DNA of 64,000 bases, taken from assembly GCA_049296855.1 (NCBI GenBank), contig JBAQTF010000015.1, positions 15,112 through 79,111 on the forward strand. Direction: 5' to 3'. The DNA is from Minisyncoccia bacterium (GTDB taxonomy: Bacteria; Patescibacteriota; Minisyncoccia; Phycocordibacterales; DATDWN01). The position numbers were made by a program, and so were the translations under genes. Under the pieces are notes generated by a model that searched no databases, had not been told where the DNA came from, and saw nothing but the letters and a program-made list of their open reading frames with translations. Every line of letters starts with the position of its first letter. Positions within the stretch are counted from its first letter, which is position 1. Shown here in pieces: positions 18,712 through 28,300 of the stretch.

Positions 18712-19251
18712 TCACGATGCAAGTGGTGATAACAGGTACGGCCTGTCGCGAAGATCGCGACTTAGTCGAGCATGACGCTTACGCCACGGCTCAAAATCTC
18801 GAGCAATCGCGTTGAGAAGACGTGCCTTTGGAAGAGAAGTTTCACGAGCCGCAGCACGAATGAAAAAGCTCGTACCATGCTTGGAATACCACCCGATGTT
18901 GTGTCGGCAACGCATCTGGTTTTCGAAAAATCCTGACATGAGCAAACACTGTGCACCAGCCACCTCTAGTGTCTCACCGTCGTACAGGAGATCCTTGTCA
19001 CAGACGAACCGATCGAACACCACACTGAGATTCGCTGGTACTGGAAAATCCACCGAAGAACAAGTCGAGACCTGAGCATAATGTGCAAGCACACTAGCAT
19101 TGTACAAGAGTTCCTGTTGATCAACTTGAGACTCGCAGACATCTAGCAGATTGACTGCGAAGAATTTCACAGTCTGTATGTGATCAGACTGTAAAAGTTC
19201 CCGAAGTTCACTGTCCATGACTGCCTCCATTCCAAAAATTACATTCTGCAT
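18712..19251 (-). CDS. Hypothetical 179-aa protein, with elevated GC.
   Basis: This is a long ORF with roughly 50% GC in a roughly 37% GC genome. I recognise no motif. Confidence 0.45.
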   Translation of the reverse strand: MQNVIFGMEAVMDSELRELLQSDHIQTVKFFAVNLLDVCESQVDQQELLYNASVLAHYAQVSTCSSVDFPVPANLSVVFDRFVCDKDLLYDGETLEVAGAQCLLMSGFFENQMRCRHNIGWYSKHGTSFFIRAAARETSLPKARLLNAIARDFEPWRKRHARLSRDLRDRPYLLSPLAS

Positions 19252-19287
19252 TTAATCCTATACTTCTGTTTTAAATCTGCAACATTG

Positions 19288-19313
19288 CACCACAAGGGCA
19301 CTTCTTGTGTTTC
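19288..19313. repeat. A CACCACAAGGGCACTTCTTGTGTTTC repeat copy that forms a small hairpin (CACAAG/CTTGTG).
   Basis: It is a member of the dispersed repeat family and lies in the 61-nt gap between two minus-strand genes. Confidence 0.5.
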
Positions 19314-19609
19314 TAATTCGCTTCGTCCATAAGAAAACAAAGTCGCATTTTTTCCACACGTGACAATTTTTTAATCCGATATTCTTCTTTTGAGGCCACC
19401 CTGCGGTTACGGAACTTTTTTGAAAAGACAATTTTTACCGGTCTACGAGCTCTGGTGTATTTTGCACCGAGTTTAGTGGAATTATGTTCACGAATTCTCC
19501 TTTTTAAATCAACTGTGATACCTGTGTAGAGAGTTTTATCGGCGCATAGGAGTATGTAGATATAATACATAAGTCCATTATAGCTTTTGTACACAAAATT
19601 TAAGTCCAA
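19313..19609 (-). CDS. Small protein with a GIY-YIG nuclease domain (YhbQ/UPF0213-like).
   Basis: The sequence YIYILLCADKTLYTGITVDLKRRIREHN is a canonical GIY-YIG N-terminal half. The true start may be the Met of MYYIYI, at about 19570. Confidence 0.7.
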   Translation of the reverse strand: MDLNFVYKSYNGLMYYIYILLCADKTLYTGITVDLKRRIREHNSTKLGAKYTRARRPVKIVFSKKFRNRRVASKEEYRIKKLSRVEKMRLCFLMDEAN

Positions 19610-19617
19610 AATACTAC

Positions 19618-19646
19618 TTGACAGATACTATTAAATATGTTAACGT
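19618..19646 (+). promoter_or_regulatory. Promoter-like element: TTGACA, 17-nt spacer, then TAACGT.
   Basis: It reads TTGACA-gatactattaaatatgt-TAACGT and lies 18 nt upstream of a GGAGG RBS at 19654-19658. Confidence 0.35.
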
Positions 19647-19664
19647 AGACAGCGGAGGTCAGAT

Positions 19665-19868
19665 ATGCCAGCATTAAACAGTCCCCGTAAGATCGGGCAC
19701 GCCATCTCGGGATTCGTCCCTATCCCCGTGACCATCACGGCGAAAAAGGGAGTTGAGATGGCCACGACAACTCCGTGGCGAGATCCGAGAGTTCCACGTA
19801 TGCGAGCCTGGAGCGCAATGGTGCCGAGCAAGGCGCCCATCGCCTACGGGTTCGAGATCTCGCACTAA
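19665..19868 (+). CDS. GC-rich 67-aa hypothetical protein, which could alternatively be a structured RNA.
   Basis: A perfect GGAGG RBS sits 6 nt before the ATG. The coding region has elevated GC. It has its own promoter-like element and a terminator at 19909-19947, and I find no family match. Confidence 0.4.
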   Translation: MPALNSPRKIGHAISGFVPIPVTITAKKGVEMATTTPWRDPRVPRMRAWSAMVPSKAPIAYGFEISH

Positions 19869-19908
19869 GTCTGCATCACCCATCCCACCCCACATCCACG
19901 CAAGACAA

Positions 19909-19947
19909 AAGCCGTTCGACTAACAATCGGACGGCTTCTTCCATTTT
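19909..19947 (+). terminator. Intrinsic terminator, possibly bidirectional.
   Basis: The stem AAGCCGTTCGA/TCGGACGGCTT contains one G-U pair and is followed by CTTCCATTTT. Confidence 0.5.
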
Positions 19948-19967
19948 AAAAAATCCTGAACGTTTAT

Positions 19968-20285
19968 TTATTTAGCTTTCACCGCCCCTGTTGTAACTGT
20001 TGCTGGAATAGTTTGAGTAAACATCATCGGACCTCCTGCACCCACCCAATCAGCTTGTCCTCTGTACATCATATTTCTGTAACCATATCCGGATGAACCG
20101 CCGAGTTCAGATTTCAATTCACCAACTTTCATTCCTATTGAGAAAACCCATGAGATAATAATAATGCCGAGTATCCATCTCAAAATATGTCCACCGCCAA
20201 AACCACATGCATGACCACAAGTTCCACATCGACCATAACCCGATCCACAAACTTCACAAGCATTTTTATTATGATTAGCTTCCAT
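19968..20285 (-). CDS. Small membrane protein of 105 aa with a Cys-rich N-terminal head and a Gly-rich C-terminal tail.
   Basis: The head NACEVCGSGYGRCGTCGHACGFGGGH is followed by a TM helix ILRWILGIIIISWVFSIGM and a Gly/Tyr-rich tail. It may bind metal. Confidence 0.45.
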   Translation of the reverse strand: MEANHNKNACEVCGSGYGRCGTCGHACGFGGGHILRWILGIIIISWVFSIGMKVGELKSELGGSSGYGYRNMMYRGQADWVGAGGPMMFTQTIPATVTTGAVKAK

Positions 20286-20327
20286 TTTTAATTTAAATTA
20301 GTTTTTAATGAGTACATTGTAACACAA

Positions 20328-20501
20328 TTATTTTTCTTTTTGAACTCCTTTGAATTTTTTCTCATCAAATTTCACATCCATAAACTTTCCATCATCACGA
20401 TTTCTCTTAACGTGCCTCTTATTTTTCGGATTTATAAGTTGTGATCGCCTCGAAACCTCCCCCTTCCTCGCCCCATCTCCATAAGGTTTATTCTTTGCCA
20501 T
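20328..20501 (-). CDS. Hypothetical, very basic 57-aa protein, below the 60-aa cutoff of the ORF track.
   Basis: The ATG is at 20501 and the TAA at 20328-20330. The sequence is MAKNKPYGDGARKGEVSRRSQLINPKNKRHVKRNRDDGKFMDVKFDEKKFKGVQKEK. Confidence 0.3.
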   Translation of the reverse strand: MAKNKPYGDGARKGEVSRRSQLINPKNKRHVKRNRDDGKFMDVKFDEKKFKGVQKEK

Positions 20502-20596
20502 GTTATTTTTGAATAATTTTAATAAACTGTTGCATTTATTTTAGCATATTAAAAAACGGAGCGCCTCAGCTGTGAGACGCTCCGGAATGTACTGCC

Positions 20597-21589
20597 TTAG
20601 AGCCCGATGAACAACTCCCTCATGTGTCCTTCAGTGTGAATGCGATCCACGACATCAGCAATGAGGGAAGCTGGACTAAGAACAACTAAGTTTTTGTGCC
20701 ACCTTTCTCTGTCTTGAAGCGGAATAGTCTCGAGGGTAAAAATCTTATCGATTGTCCCGTCCTCGAGAAGTGGATTGATACGATCGAATGTCTTCGGCGT
20801 GAAATCGTTGTGGACCACAAAGAAATGGACTTCCTCGGCGCCATTGTGTTTTGCGATCTTAGCGCCAGTCTCTAGAGTTCCACCACCCTGTAGCATATCG
20901 TCAAACGCGATGACCCGTTGTCCTTCAACGTTACCGACGATCTTTGATTTCTCGATGATGATCTCTCGTGTCCCAGCATCCCTTTCTTTGACGATAAACG
21001 AAACACCCTTGTGAAGCATCTCGGCAATCACCTTGTTACGTTTGAAACCGCCATCGTCCAAAGCCAGGACGCTGTCAAACGAATCGTCGTTAGCTTTCGC
21101 GTATTCTATCAAAATACGCATGAGATACACGTGATGTACCGTTCGTAGGCGATAATGCGAAGTGTCGTAGAAATACGGGTGTTGAGACGAGTGCTGGTCA
21201 AATATAGCCACGACGTCCAGTCCAGAACTTGAGATTTCCATGGCTGTGTCTTTGTAAGCCACAGTCTCTCCGAACCGTTTGACATGGTCCGACTTCCCAT
21301 CTCGAACAAAAGGAAACACTCCGAAAATTCTCGAGGCACTTCCTCGGATGGAACCGCAGATCAGTCGAAGTTCCTTGACTGTGTCATACCCAGCGTGAAG
21401 TGAACCGAAAATACAGATGTCGCAACCACTGACGTCACTGAGTCTCCGGACATCCAACTCACCGTTGGGGAAAAACGTTGATTCGATCTCAAGCGGAACC
21501 ACACCAAGTTTTTTAGCCACTTCATGACCAAGCACTGGGTGAGAATTTGTCACTATCAGTCCAAGTGGTCCGAACCTGCTTATACCCAT
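20597..21589 (-). CDS. prs: Ribose-phosphate pyrophosphokinase (PRPP synthetase)-like protein.
   Basis: It has the Prs N-terminal domain (GPLGLIV...FFPNGE) and the PRTase motif FDDMLQGGGTL, and ends ETIPL. GC is higher than the genome backbone. Confidence 0.7.
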   Translation of the reverse strand: MGISRFGPLGLIVTNSHPVLGHEVAKKLGVVPLEIESTFFPNGELDVRRLSDVSGCDICIFGSLHAGYDTVKELRLICGSIRGSASRIFGVFPFVRDGKSDHVKRFGETVAYKDTAMEISSSGLDVVAIFDQHSSQHPYFYDTSHYRLRTVHHVYLMRILIEYAKANDDSFDSVLALDDGGFKRNKVIAEMLHKGVSFIVKERDAGTREIIIEKSKIVGNVEGQRVIAFDDMLQGGGTLETGAKIAKHNGAEEVHFFVVHNDFTPKTFDRINPLLEDGTIDKIFTLETIPLQDRERWHKNLVVLSPASLIADVVDRIHTEGHMRELFIGL

Positions 21590-21710
21590 GTTTTTGTTTC
21601 CTTCCAAGACAAAGAAAAACTGTTTCTTTTTTTAAAGGCACATTTCTGCATCAACTATGCTCCCAATTTTAAAAAAGTCAAAGTTGAGTAAATAACCACT
21701 AAATCATTCC

Positions 21711-21734
21711 TACATTCTTGAGAATGTTAGAATG
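21711..21734. promoter_or_regulatory. Near-palindromic operator TACATTCTTGAGAATGTTAGAATG, which overlaps the arsR stop and lies upstream of prs.
   Basis: It shares the palindromic core CATTCTTGAGAATG with the second copy at 22040-22073. Confidence 0.45.
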
Positions 21735-21993
21735 ATTTAATAAAAGGAATAAATCTTTTACCATATGGAGAAAGGGAGTGAAGTACATTTCTACCTTGAT
21801 ACTTTTTATTTAATAGTCCGGCATGAACCAATCTTCTAGTATGTTCAGAAACGGTTTTAATATTCTTATCCAGAGCTTCTGCAATCCCCTCCGAAGTAAC
21901 ATCTGGAGTTTTTGAAACTAAAAGTAAAATTTCGATCCGGCAGTGATTTGCCGAACCTTTAAAATATCGTTCAAGTTGTTTGGCAGTTTTCAT
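21727..21993 (-). CDS. ArsR/SmtB-family winged-helix transcriptional regulator.
   Basis: The pattern LERYFKGSANHCRIEILLLV...SEGIAEAL...TVSEHTRRLVHAGLL is typical of ArsR. Confidence 0.75.
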   Translation of the reverse strand: MKTAKQLERYFKGSANHCRIEILLLVSKTPDVTSEGIAEALDKNIKTVSEHTRRLVHAGLLNKKYQGRNVLHSLSPYGKRFIPFIKSF

Positions 21994-22039
21994 ATTTATT
22001 TAGCTAGATATTAATAATATTAATATCTGAGTATACAAT

Positions 22040-22073
22040 AACATTCTTATATTCTCAAGAATGTAAGAATGTT
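22040..22073. promoter_or_regulatory. Near-palindromic operator AACATTCTTATATTCTCAAGAATGTAAGAATGTT, upstream of arsR.
   Basis: It is an imperfect palindrome of about 34 nt. Its reverse complement contains TACATTCTTGAGAAT, matching the copy at 21711-21734. Confidence 0.5.
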
Positions 22074-22106
22074 ATTGTATTGATAGGTAAATTGAGCTGA
22101 AGTGGA

Positions 22107-22694
22107 TTAGTTATGACCTTCGGATTGCCAGAGTTTGAGGGATTCGACGGGGTGGATGAGCATGACGACGTTCAGCGTAAGATTATCTCGAATCCAGAAG
22201 AGACATCCGAGCTCCATCACAATGATAAGTGAAACTGTTACCCAGACTTTTGAGTACTTCGCTATGACAAAACCGATACCAGACATCACCACATCGGAAA
22301 CAGAATTAAGCACACTATCCCCCACATATCCCTGTGCAATAGTTACTGCACGATATCTATCTATGATTATCGGCGAGTTCTCAAGTAACTCCCATCCGGC
22401 TTCCATGATGAGAGCTATGACAAACCTATACTTTGCCGGAACTTTCCGCGCGACCAGCCACAGAAACCAGTAAAAAATCATTCCGTGGATAATATGCGAG
22501 AACGAATACGCATCCGCTACCCTCTGTGAGTTCTCACTCCCCCAAATATTTCCATCCCACCATCCAAAAATCCCATCTGGTCCAAGTAGTGACCTGCCCG
22601 AAAAGTATTCAATCACACCCGTAATAGCCGTAACTAAAAGTAGCCCAATTATCACAATTTTGTATTTTCTTAGAAAAGTTAAAATTGATTGCAT
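22107..22694 (-). CDS. Hypothetical polytopic membrane protein of 195 aa, possibly DUF2585-like.
   Basis: It has several TM helices. I make no confident family call. Confidence 0.45.
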   Translation of the reverse strand: MQSILTFLRKYKIVIIGLLLVTAITGVIEYFSGRSLLGPDGIFGWWDGNIWGSENSQRVADAYSFSHIIHGMIFYWFLWLVARKVPAKYRFVIALIMEAGWELLENSPIIIDRYRAVTIAQGYVGDSVLNSVSDVVMSGIGFVIAKYSKVWVTVSLIIVMELGCLFWIRDNLTLNVVMLIHPVESLKLWQSEGHN

Positions 22695-22751
22695 GAATGT
22701 CTATAAAATTACAGATATATAGCACCCTTATATAAATAATAATTTGAAAAA

Positions 22752-23825
22752 TTACCTACTTTTTTGTTTTGACAATGATCTCAAAGATGATACAGGTTTA
22801 ATCTGCTTGTTTTTTGTATAATTATTCCAAAGTTTATTAAATTGAACGCCCAACACATATCCCAACTCCACAGGAACAGCATTTCCTATTTGTCTATATT
22901 GGGAGCTATTTGGTCCGTAAAATATAAAATTATCAGGAAATGTTTGTATCCTAGCCACTTCTCTAATAGTCATCCTTCTTTTTTGAGACGGATGAGGTAA
23001 TATTACTGGACCACCAGTACCACCACCCCTACCAACAATAGTTGGGGATGGTTTATTTTCATCCGTGTGTCTATTACCTAAATAACCATTAATTTTTACT
23101 TTATGTTTCGTGCCTTGATGATTAGGTATACTTGAATCATATTCAAGTGGTAAATCCCCGATTGTTTCTCCTACTGTTTTATAAAATTTAATACTTTTAT
23201 CATTATTAAAAAGTTCTAACCATAAATTTTTATTATCGCTATAATTTTTAGGGAAATGAGTCTTGATTGGAAATTCAAATTTTAAATCAATGTCATTTCT
23301 TATACCAACCATAACCATTCTTTTTCTTAACTGAGGTACACCATAATCAGCTGAATTTAAAATACTCCAATGAACATTATATCCAATATCTTTGAAATCT
23401 TTTAAAATCATTTTAAAAACTCGTCCAAGTTTATTTTTTTTGTCTTGCAATGTATCATAACCTCCTAAATTTGTAATACCTTGCACATTTTCACCAAGAA
23501 AAAACTTTGGTTTTTTATCCAGAACAACCCTTAATAATTCTTGGTACAAAAAATTTCTCCTATCTTTCTCATTTCTATATGGATTAGCAACAGAAAAACC
23601 TTGACATGGGAAACCTCCGATGACCATATCACAATCTGGTATATCTTTAGATGATATATCTATAATGGATTTACATATAACCACCTCATCTTCATCAGTT
23701 ATATTATATTTATAAGTATCGATTGAATCCTTATCAAAGTCATTTGCCCAAATAATTTTATGTCCGGCTTTTTTTAAGCCAAGATCTAATCCACCACAAC
23801 CACAAAATAAGGAGACTATTTTCAT
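22752..23825 (-). CDS. DNA (cytosine-5)-methyltransferase.
   Basis: Present are motif I FCGCGG, motif IV PCQGFS, the ENV motif, RKR..VG, and GNAV in motif X. It lies 4 nt downstream of the 332-aa ORF. The sequence is AT-rich. Confidence 0.9.
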   Translation of the reverse strand: MKIVSLFCGCGGLDLGLKKAGHKIIWANDFDKDSIDTYKYNITDEDEVVICKSIIDISSKDIPDCDMVIGGFPCQGFSVANPYRNEKDRRNFLYQELLRVVLDKKPKFFLGENVQGITNLGGYDTLQDKKNKLGRVFKMILKDFKDIGYNVHWSILNSADYGVPQLRKRMVMVGIRNDIDLKFEFPIKTHFPKNYSDNKNLWLELFNNDKSIKFYKTVGETIGDLPLEYDSSIPNHQGTKHKVKINGYLGNRHTDENKPSPTIVGRGGGTGGPVILPHPSQKRRMTIREVARIQTFPDNFIFYGPNSSQYRQIGNAVPVELGYVLGVQFNKLWNNYTKNKQIKPVSSLRSLSKQKSR

Positions 23826-23829
23826 AAAT

Positions 23830-24828
23830 CTATATTAAAATATTAATGTCTTTATCAATTTCTTTAAAAACTGCACTGCACTCATCAATAATCATTTTTT
23901 TATATTTAATATTATTTGGATAAGAATTTACATATTCAATAAAATATTGAGAAATTTTATCTTCTGTTTTTAAAATCTTATTTATTACATGTTTATCTAA
24001 AAAACTAAAATCTAGATTTATTTTTTTCCCAATACCAAAAATAGGCTCTCTGTTCATTCTTATTGAATTACCCTCCCAACGATTAATAATTGTTACTAAA
24101 TTTTCAGGTGTTGAACTTTTTTCTTCTAGTAATTGAGCAAATTTATCCCCTTCTATAAAATATAGGGTTATTTTTGTTTTATCTTTGATTAAGATGATTA
24201 AATCATCTGAAAAAACAAACTTCACTAGGTTAGAAAAACGCTTTCTAAATTTATTATATTGATTATGTTTTTTAATTCCATTTAGTAAATTTAATAATCG
24301 TGGTTTTGACCCTAATCCAATTTTTTCTGAATTTACACCTTTTCTTTCATTTAAATATTGTTCTACATTAAATCCACTAAATAGAGTGGTCTTTTCAAGT
24401 GAGCCAAAATTAATCTCTTTATTATCACTCATAAGGGTCTTAACTGACAAAAAATAATTTCCTCCTATTCTCACATCCGACTTTTCTCTTTTATTGGAAA
24501 TCGCAAAACCAGTAATTGTTTCATTTTCTAAATAGAAATTAAGTTTATTTGAATTCACTCTCTTTTCTTCATCTGTAATTACACCATCAAAAATAGTGGC
24601 TAGTATATCTTCGAAATCTCTGGAAGTTGTCTTTCTTTTTGCAACAGTTTCTTTTGAGATATTGTTGTATAAATAGTAATTTAAGTAAGCATAATTAAAT
24701 TTATTTTTCTCAGTCTCAAGTTTTTTAAAAAAATTATAAATTACCTTTAAACCAACTTTCTCAGTGGAAACTTTTTCTTTACTATTAATAGTGTCTATAA
24801 TTATTTTTAGTATATTTAGATTCGTCAT
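23830..24828 (-). CDS. Hypothetical 332-aa protein, first in an operon with the C5-MTase. It is a candidate restriction endonuclease, or an unknown partner of the MTase.
   Basis: I recognise no motifs. It is extremely Lys/Asn/Ile-rich and AT-rich, and is tightly linked to the MTase with a 4-nt gap. A promoter embedding a GAAC-N4-GTTC palindrome lies about 70 nt upstream. Confidence 0.45.
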   Translation of the reverse strand: MTNLNILKIIIDTINSKEKVSTEKVGLKVIYNFFKKLETEKNKFNYAYLNYYLYNNISKETVAKRKTTSRDFEDILATIFDGVITDEEKRVNSNKLNFYLENETITGFAISNKREKSDVRIGGNYFLSVKTLMSDNKEINFGSLEKTTLFSGFNVEQYLNERKGVNSEKIGLGSKPRLLNLLNGIKKHNQYNKFRKRFSNLVKFVFSDDLIILIKDKTKITLYFIEGDKFAQLLEEKSSTPENLVTIINRWEGNSIRMNREPIFGIGKKINLDFSFLDKHVINKILKTEDKISQYFIEYVNSYPNNIKYKKMIIDECSAVFKEIDKDINILI

Positions 24829-24891
24829 TATAATTATAACTCTACTACTTTACTACTTAATAATCTATATTAGGATTGATCACATTTAATA

Positions 24892-24920
24892 TGTTAAGTG
24901 AACTATAGTTCACTAGTCAA
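24892..24920 (-). promoter_or_regulatory. Second palindrome-in-spacer promoter: -35 TTGACT (24920-24915), 17-nt spacer AGTGAACTATAGTTCAC, then -10 TTAACA.
   Basis: The palindrome GTGAACTATAGTTCAC at 24898-24913 differs from the lexA-promoter box by one central base. It has the same architecture as the site at 18098-18126. Confidence 0.5.
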
Positions 24921-24944
24921 TATGCACCTGTGTATAAGTAAAAT

Positions 24945-25322
24945 TTAAATAGCTCCCCGCCGATTTTTGAAAAACTGGATGAGGAAGTAAATGATAGAGA
25001 TAAGAGTGTATAAACCGGCAAAGAAAAGCGTTATGTCCTTACCGTCAAAACTGATAATAGCTCCTCCATCGTTCCCTGTCTCGTACGCAATTAAGATAGA
25101 GATAGGGACGTATATCAGAGTGAATAAAACCCAAATCTTATATTTTTTATTATCAGCGACAAGAGCAAATAAACTAACTATAAATAACGAGACACTCCAA
25201 TAAAAGAGGTATCCTACAAACTGGGCAGTATCATAATCAAAAGATCCTTTTGTGTAATGCGAATACCAAACAAATATCCCAACCGACATAACTAAAAAGA
25301 GTGAGCTCACTATCTTTTTCAT
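24945..25322 (-). CDS. Hypothetical membrane protein of 125 aa.
   Basis: It has three or four TM helices and no recognisable motif. Confidence 0.45.
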   Translation of the reverse strand: MKKIVSSLFLVMSVGIFVWYSHYTKGSFDYDTAQFVGYLFYWSVSLFIVSLFALVADNKKYKIWVLFTLIYVPISILIAYETGNDGGAIISFDGKDITLFFAGLYTLISIIYFLIQFFKNRRGAI

Positions 25323-25323
25323 A

Positions 25324-28300
25324 TTATCCTAAATTATCTAACAATTGGTTCAACATATCAAGCAATAGCTGTGCATCAGTTTTTGACAACTTTTTTGGTT
25401 TTGGATGTTTTGGATCTGGTTTTGTTATCTTCTTCTCCAATACAGACTTGAATTTGTCTACTTTTAATTTTGTTTTATCAATTTTGCCCTTCTGTATAGA
25501 CTTAATTATATTATCAACTCGATTCCCGAAAGCATTCTTCTTTGCCTGTGTTATATCTAGTGAATTAACTGTTGTCTTCATTATTTGCAGATAAGTGACT
25601 GGATCAAAAGTAGAACTTGGGGCTATGATAAAATCGGTAACTCCATCACCAGTTACATCTAGTTTCAACTGTGGTGTGTCAGTTGCGTTCAGTGTTATCT
25701 CTCCTTGAGTTTGTGTCGTAACTGGAATATCAACGAATAAAGAAGTTATGGTTTGTCCGTCTGGCTCAATAACTTGTGATTCAAACGTGAACATCCCAAC
25801 ATCTGTACCTTGTAAGACGACTTTCTGTAAATCTTCTTTCGTCAGATTTAAATATTTTCCTTCTCCAAATTCATAATATCCAGAGTTTGGAATGTTTTCT
25901 TCAACATAACATAAATCCGTAGTTGGCGGACAAACTTTACCTGTATGATTTTCTTCATTATCATAGGCTTCTAGAGTGACGGGTGAATGAACAGATAGTC
26001 TGAGTTTATTTGAAGAATCAACAGGCTTTGAATCTTTAAAGACAGAATTTGGGCTTACAGATCCATTGATTATAGTTGAAGCAATAAAATCGTTTAGCTG
26101 GTTAATTTCTAATATATCCTTATGCTGTCTATTTATTCTAAAGATAGTATTGTAATTTTTAAAATTCACCCAGTATTTCTCCCCATTCATCGCCATAGCG
26201 CTTGGTTCCACAACTGTTTTATCGCCGTCTATAGTAAATATCGGTCTCTGATCCAAAATATAACTTCCAGTACAACCGTTATCCGCCAGAGATGAACAAG
26301 TGGTACTTGCGTTATATTGAAAACCAGCTACAGTATCGAGTCCCCAACCAGCAACCTGTATTACACGAATACTTGTAGGCAAAGTCATTGTGTCTATCGA
26401 ATTATGTAAACTTTCTGCTTCGTTCAAAAGCGAACTATTTCCTTTAATTGGAATAAAAGTATCAGTAAAAAACGTCGGATTACTTCTACCTTCAGAACCG
26501 AGAATAAAACTTTTTACCTCCGAATAGTTATTTACACTTTGCCCGTAAGTAGTAATTTCATTTGTCATCCATGGGTCAAATGAGTTTGGTACAAAATTTA
26601 CAACCGGATTTGAAATGTGGTTAAAATACTCCGTCGATGGTAAAAGCCCATATGCCGAGGACATATTACGAGCAAGTTCACGAGCAACAGATGGATTCAA
26701 GAGTATGTTTAGCATAATACTCGTGTCGTATCCGTGAAGTAATGCTGGAATAGCAGTTGAAGTTCCGAGTTGTGGACTGGCTACTAGTATCAAAACATCA
26801 ATATGGTCTATTAAGTCGTTCCGACCGGCAGTTTTGTCGTCCTGTAATTTTTTCAAAAGCGCTTTTGCTATAAGTCCGCCGTTACTATGAGCAATGATAG
26901 TAACTTTTCTATTTTTTGACGAATCAACTAAACCTCGCAGTGTTTCTGTCAAAGTATAGCTACCATTCTCACGTTTTGTTCCATTATCCACGATGTCCTG
27001 TACGTCCGCTCTCCAGTCATATGCGTACGACTGCCAAGCCACGATTTTGTTATCCGAAACTAAACCATCCATCATGGCCGAAAAACTTTTGTAAATATTC
27101 TGTCCAGCTAAACCGGTGTAAATCGGAGAATTCGTCTCTAGGATAATATCTCTCGTATAAACATTTGGATCGATGGATGTTCCATCTGAATCCAAATAAA
27201 GAGTCTGCACATCACTGTTTGTATTCGGTTCCCACAATTGATCCTCCACAGGAATACCGAAAATAGTTTTTTGTTCATACAAACGACTTGCCTCAAGACC
27301 TGGGATAAAGAGAACATTGGAGAAGCAATCAGCAACACAACCAGCAACTGGGCTGTCAGCTGTGACTTCCAAATAAACATCTGAAATGGCGTCACTTCCA
27401 CCGTAAAGTTTTTGAAGACCTTGTCCACCGTGATTTCTAAAAATATTTATTCCATATTCATGAGTTGGATCTAGAACTAGATTCGGACCAGTACAAGGAT
27501 ATTTTCTGTATGTTGTAGACGAGTCGAGGTTGACTACAATTTTTGTATTTAAGGTAGTTGTCCCATAAGAGTCTCCGCAAACACCATCCAAACTAGTGTA
27601 GTAACCTTCACTAGTAGTAAAATCGATAATCTCTACGCCCATGAATAATCCGAGGTTTACACTGTGATCGATATAAGCAAATTTTAAATTTGAAATATTA
27701 CCACTCGCATTAGAAATAATAACTGGAGTTGCTACTGAACCATAACCTGTTTCGACAGAATTATCTGGCTGAGAATAAAGCACTGTAGATTTACAACCCG
27801 TCCCACAATCATAAAATATTTTTACTAAATAATTTTGTGTCGAACCGTCCACCGCTGTGACCGTGTAAGTTACTCCATTGTTAAAATTTTGGGCAACACC
27901 AATGTTTGGACTAAGACTTGCTCCGTCTGAAATAGTAATATCCGATGTTGTAGCACTTACATCAGTACCAAAAGGCACATGCAGTGAAATCGTGTGATCT
28001 ACATCACTAATTACACCCGTGGCCACGCCAGGAAAACTAAAACTTGTGATTGATTTCTCTGTATCATGAAAACTTGTACTACTATCAATGTACGCGTAAA
28101 AATCGTTGGGGTTAGAAGAAGAACCGTAATAAACTTGTGTGTTGATCCCACCAGAGTTACGGAAACTGATTAAATAATAATGATGAGTAGGATTGAAAGT
28201 AAGGTTCGACCCGTTGCAAGGATATGCTCGCCATTCCCAGTTGCTATCGAAAGTTAGGATTTGTTTCTCATTCAAACCAGTACTTTGAAAACTATTTCCA

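Noticed and set aside
20597-21607. The prs-like gene as a defence-associated PRTase effector
   Set aside because: It has both the N-terminal and C-terminal Prs domains with the PRPP-binding loop, which fits a housekeeping PRPP synthetase despite the atypical GC.
23830-24828. Confident call of the 332-aa protein as a Type II restriction endonuclease
   Set aside because: I can see no PD-(D/E)xK, HNH or GIY motif by eye. The call rests on adjacency to a C5-MTase only.
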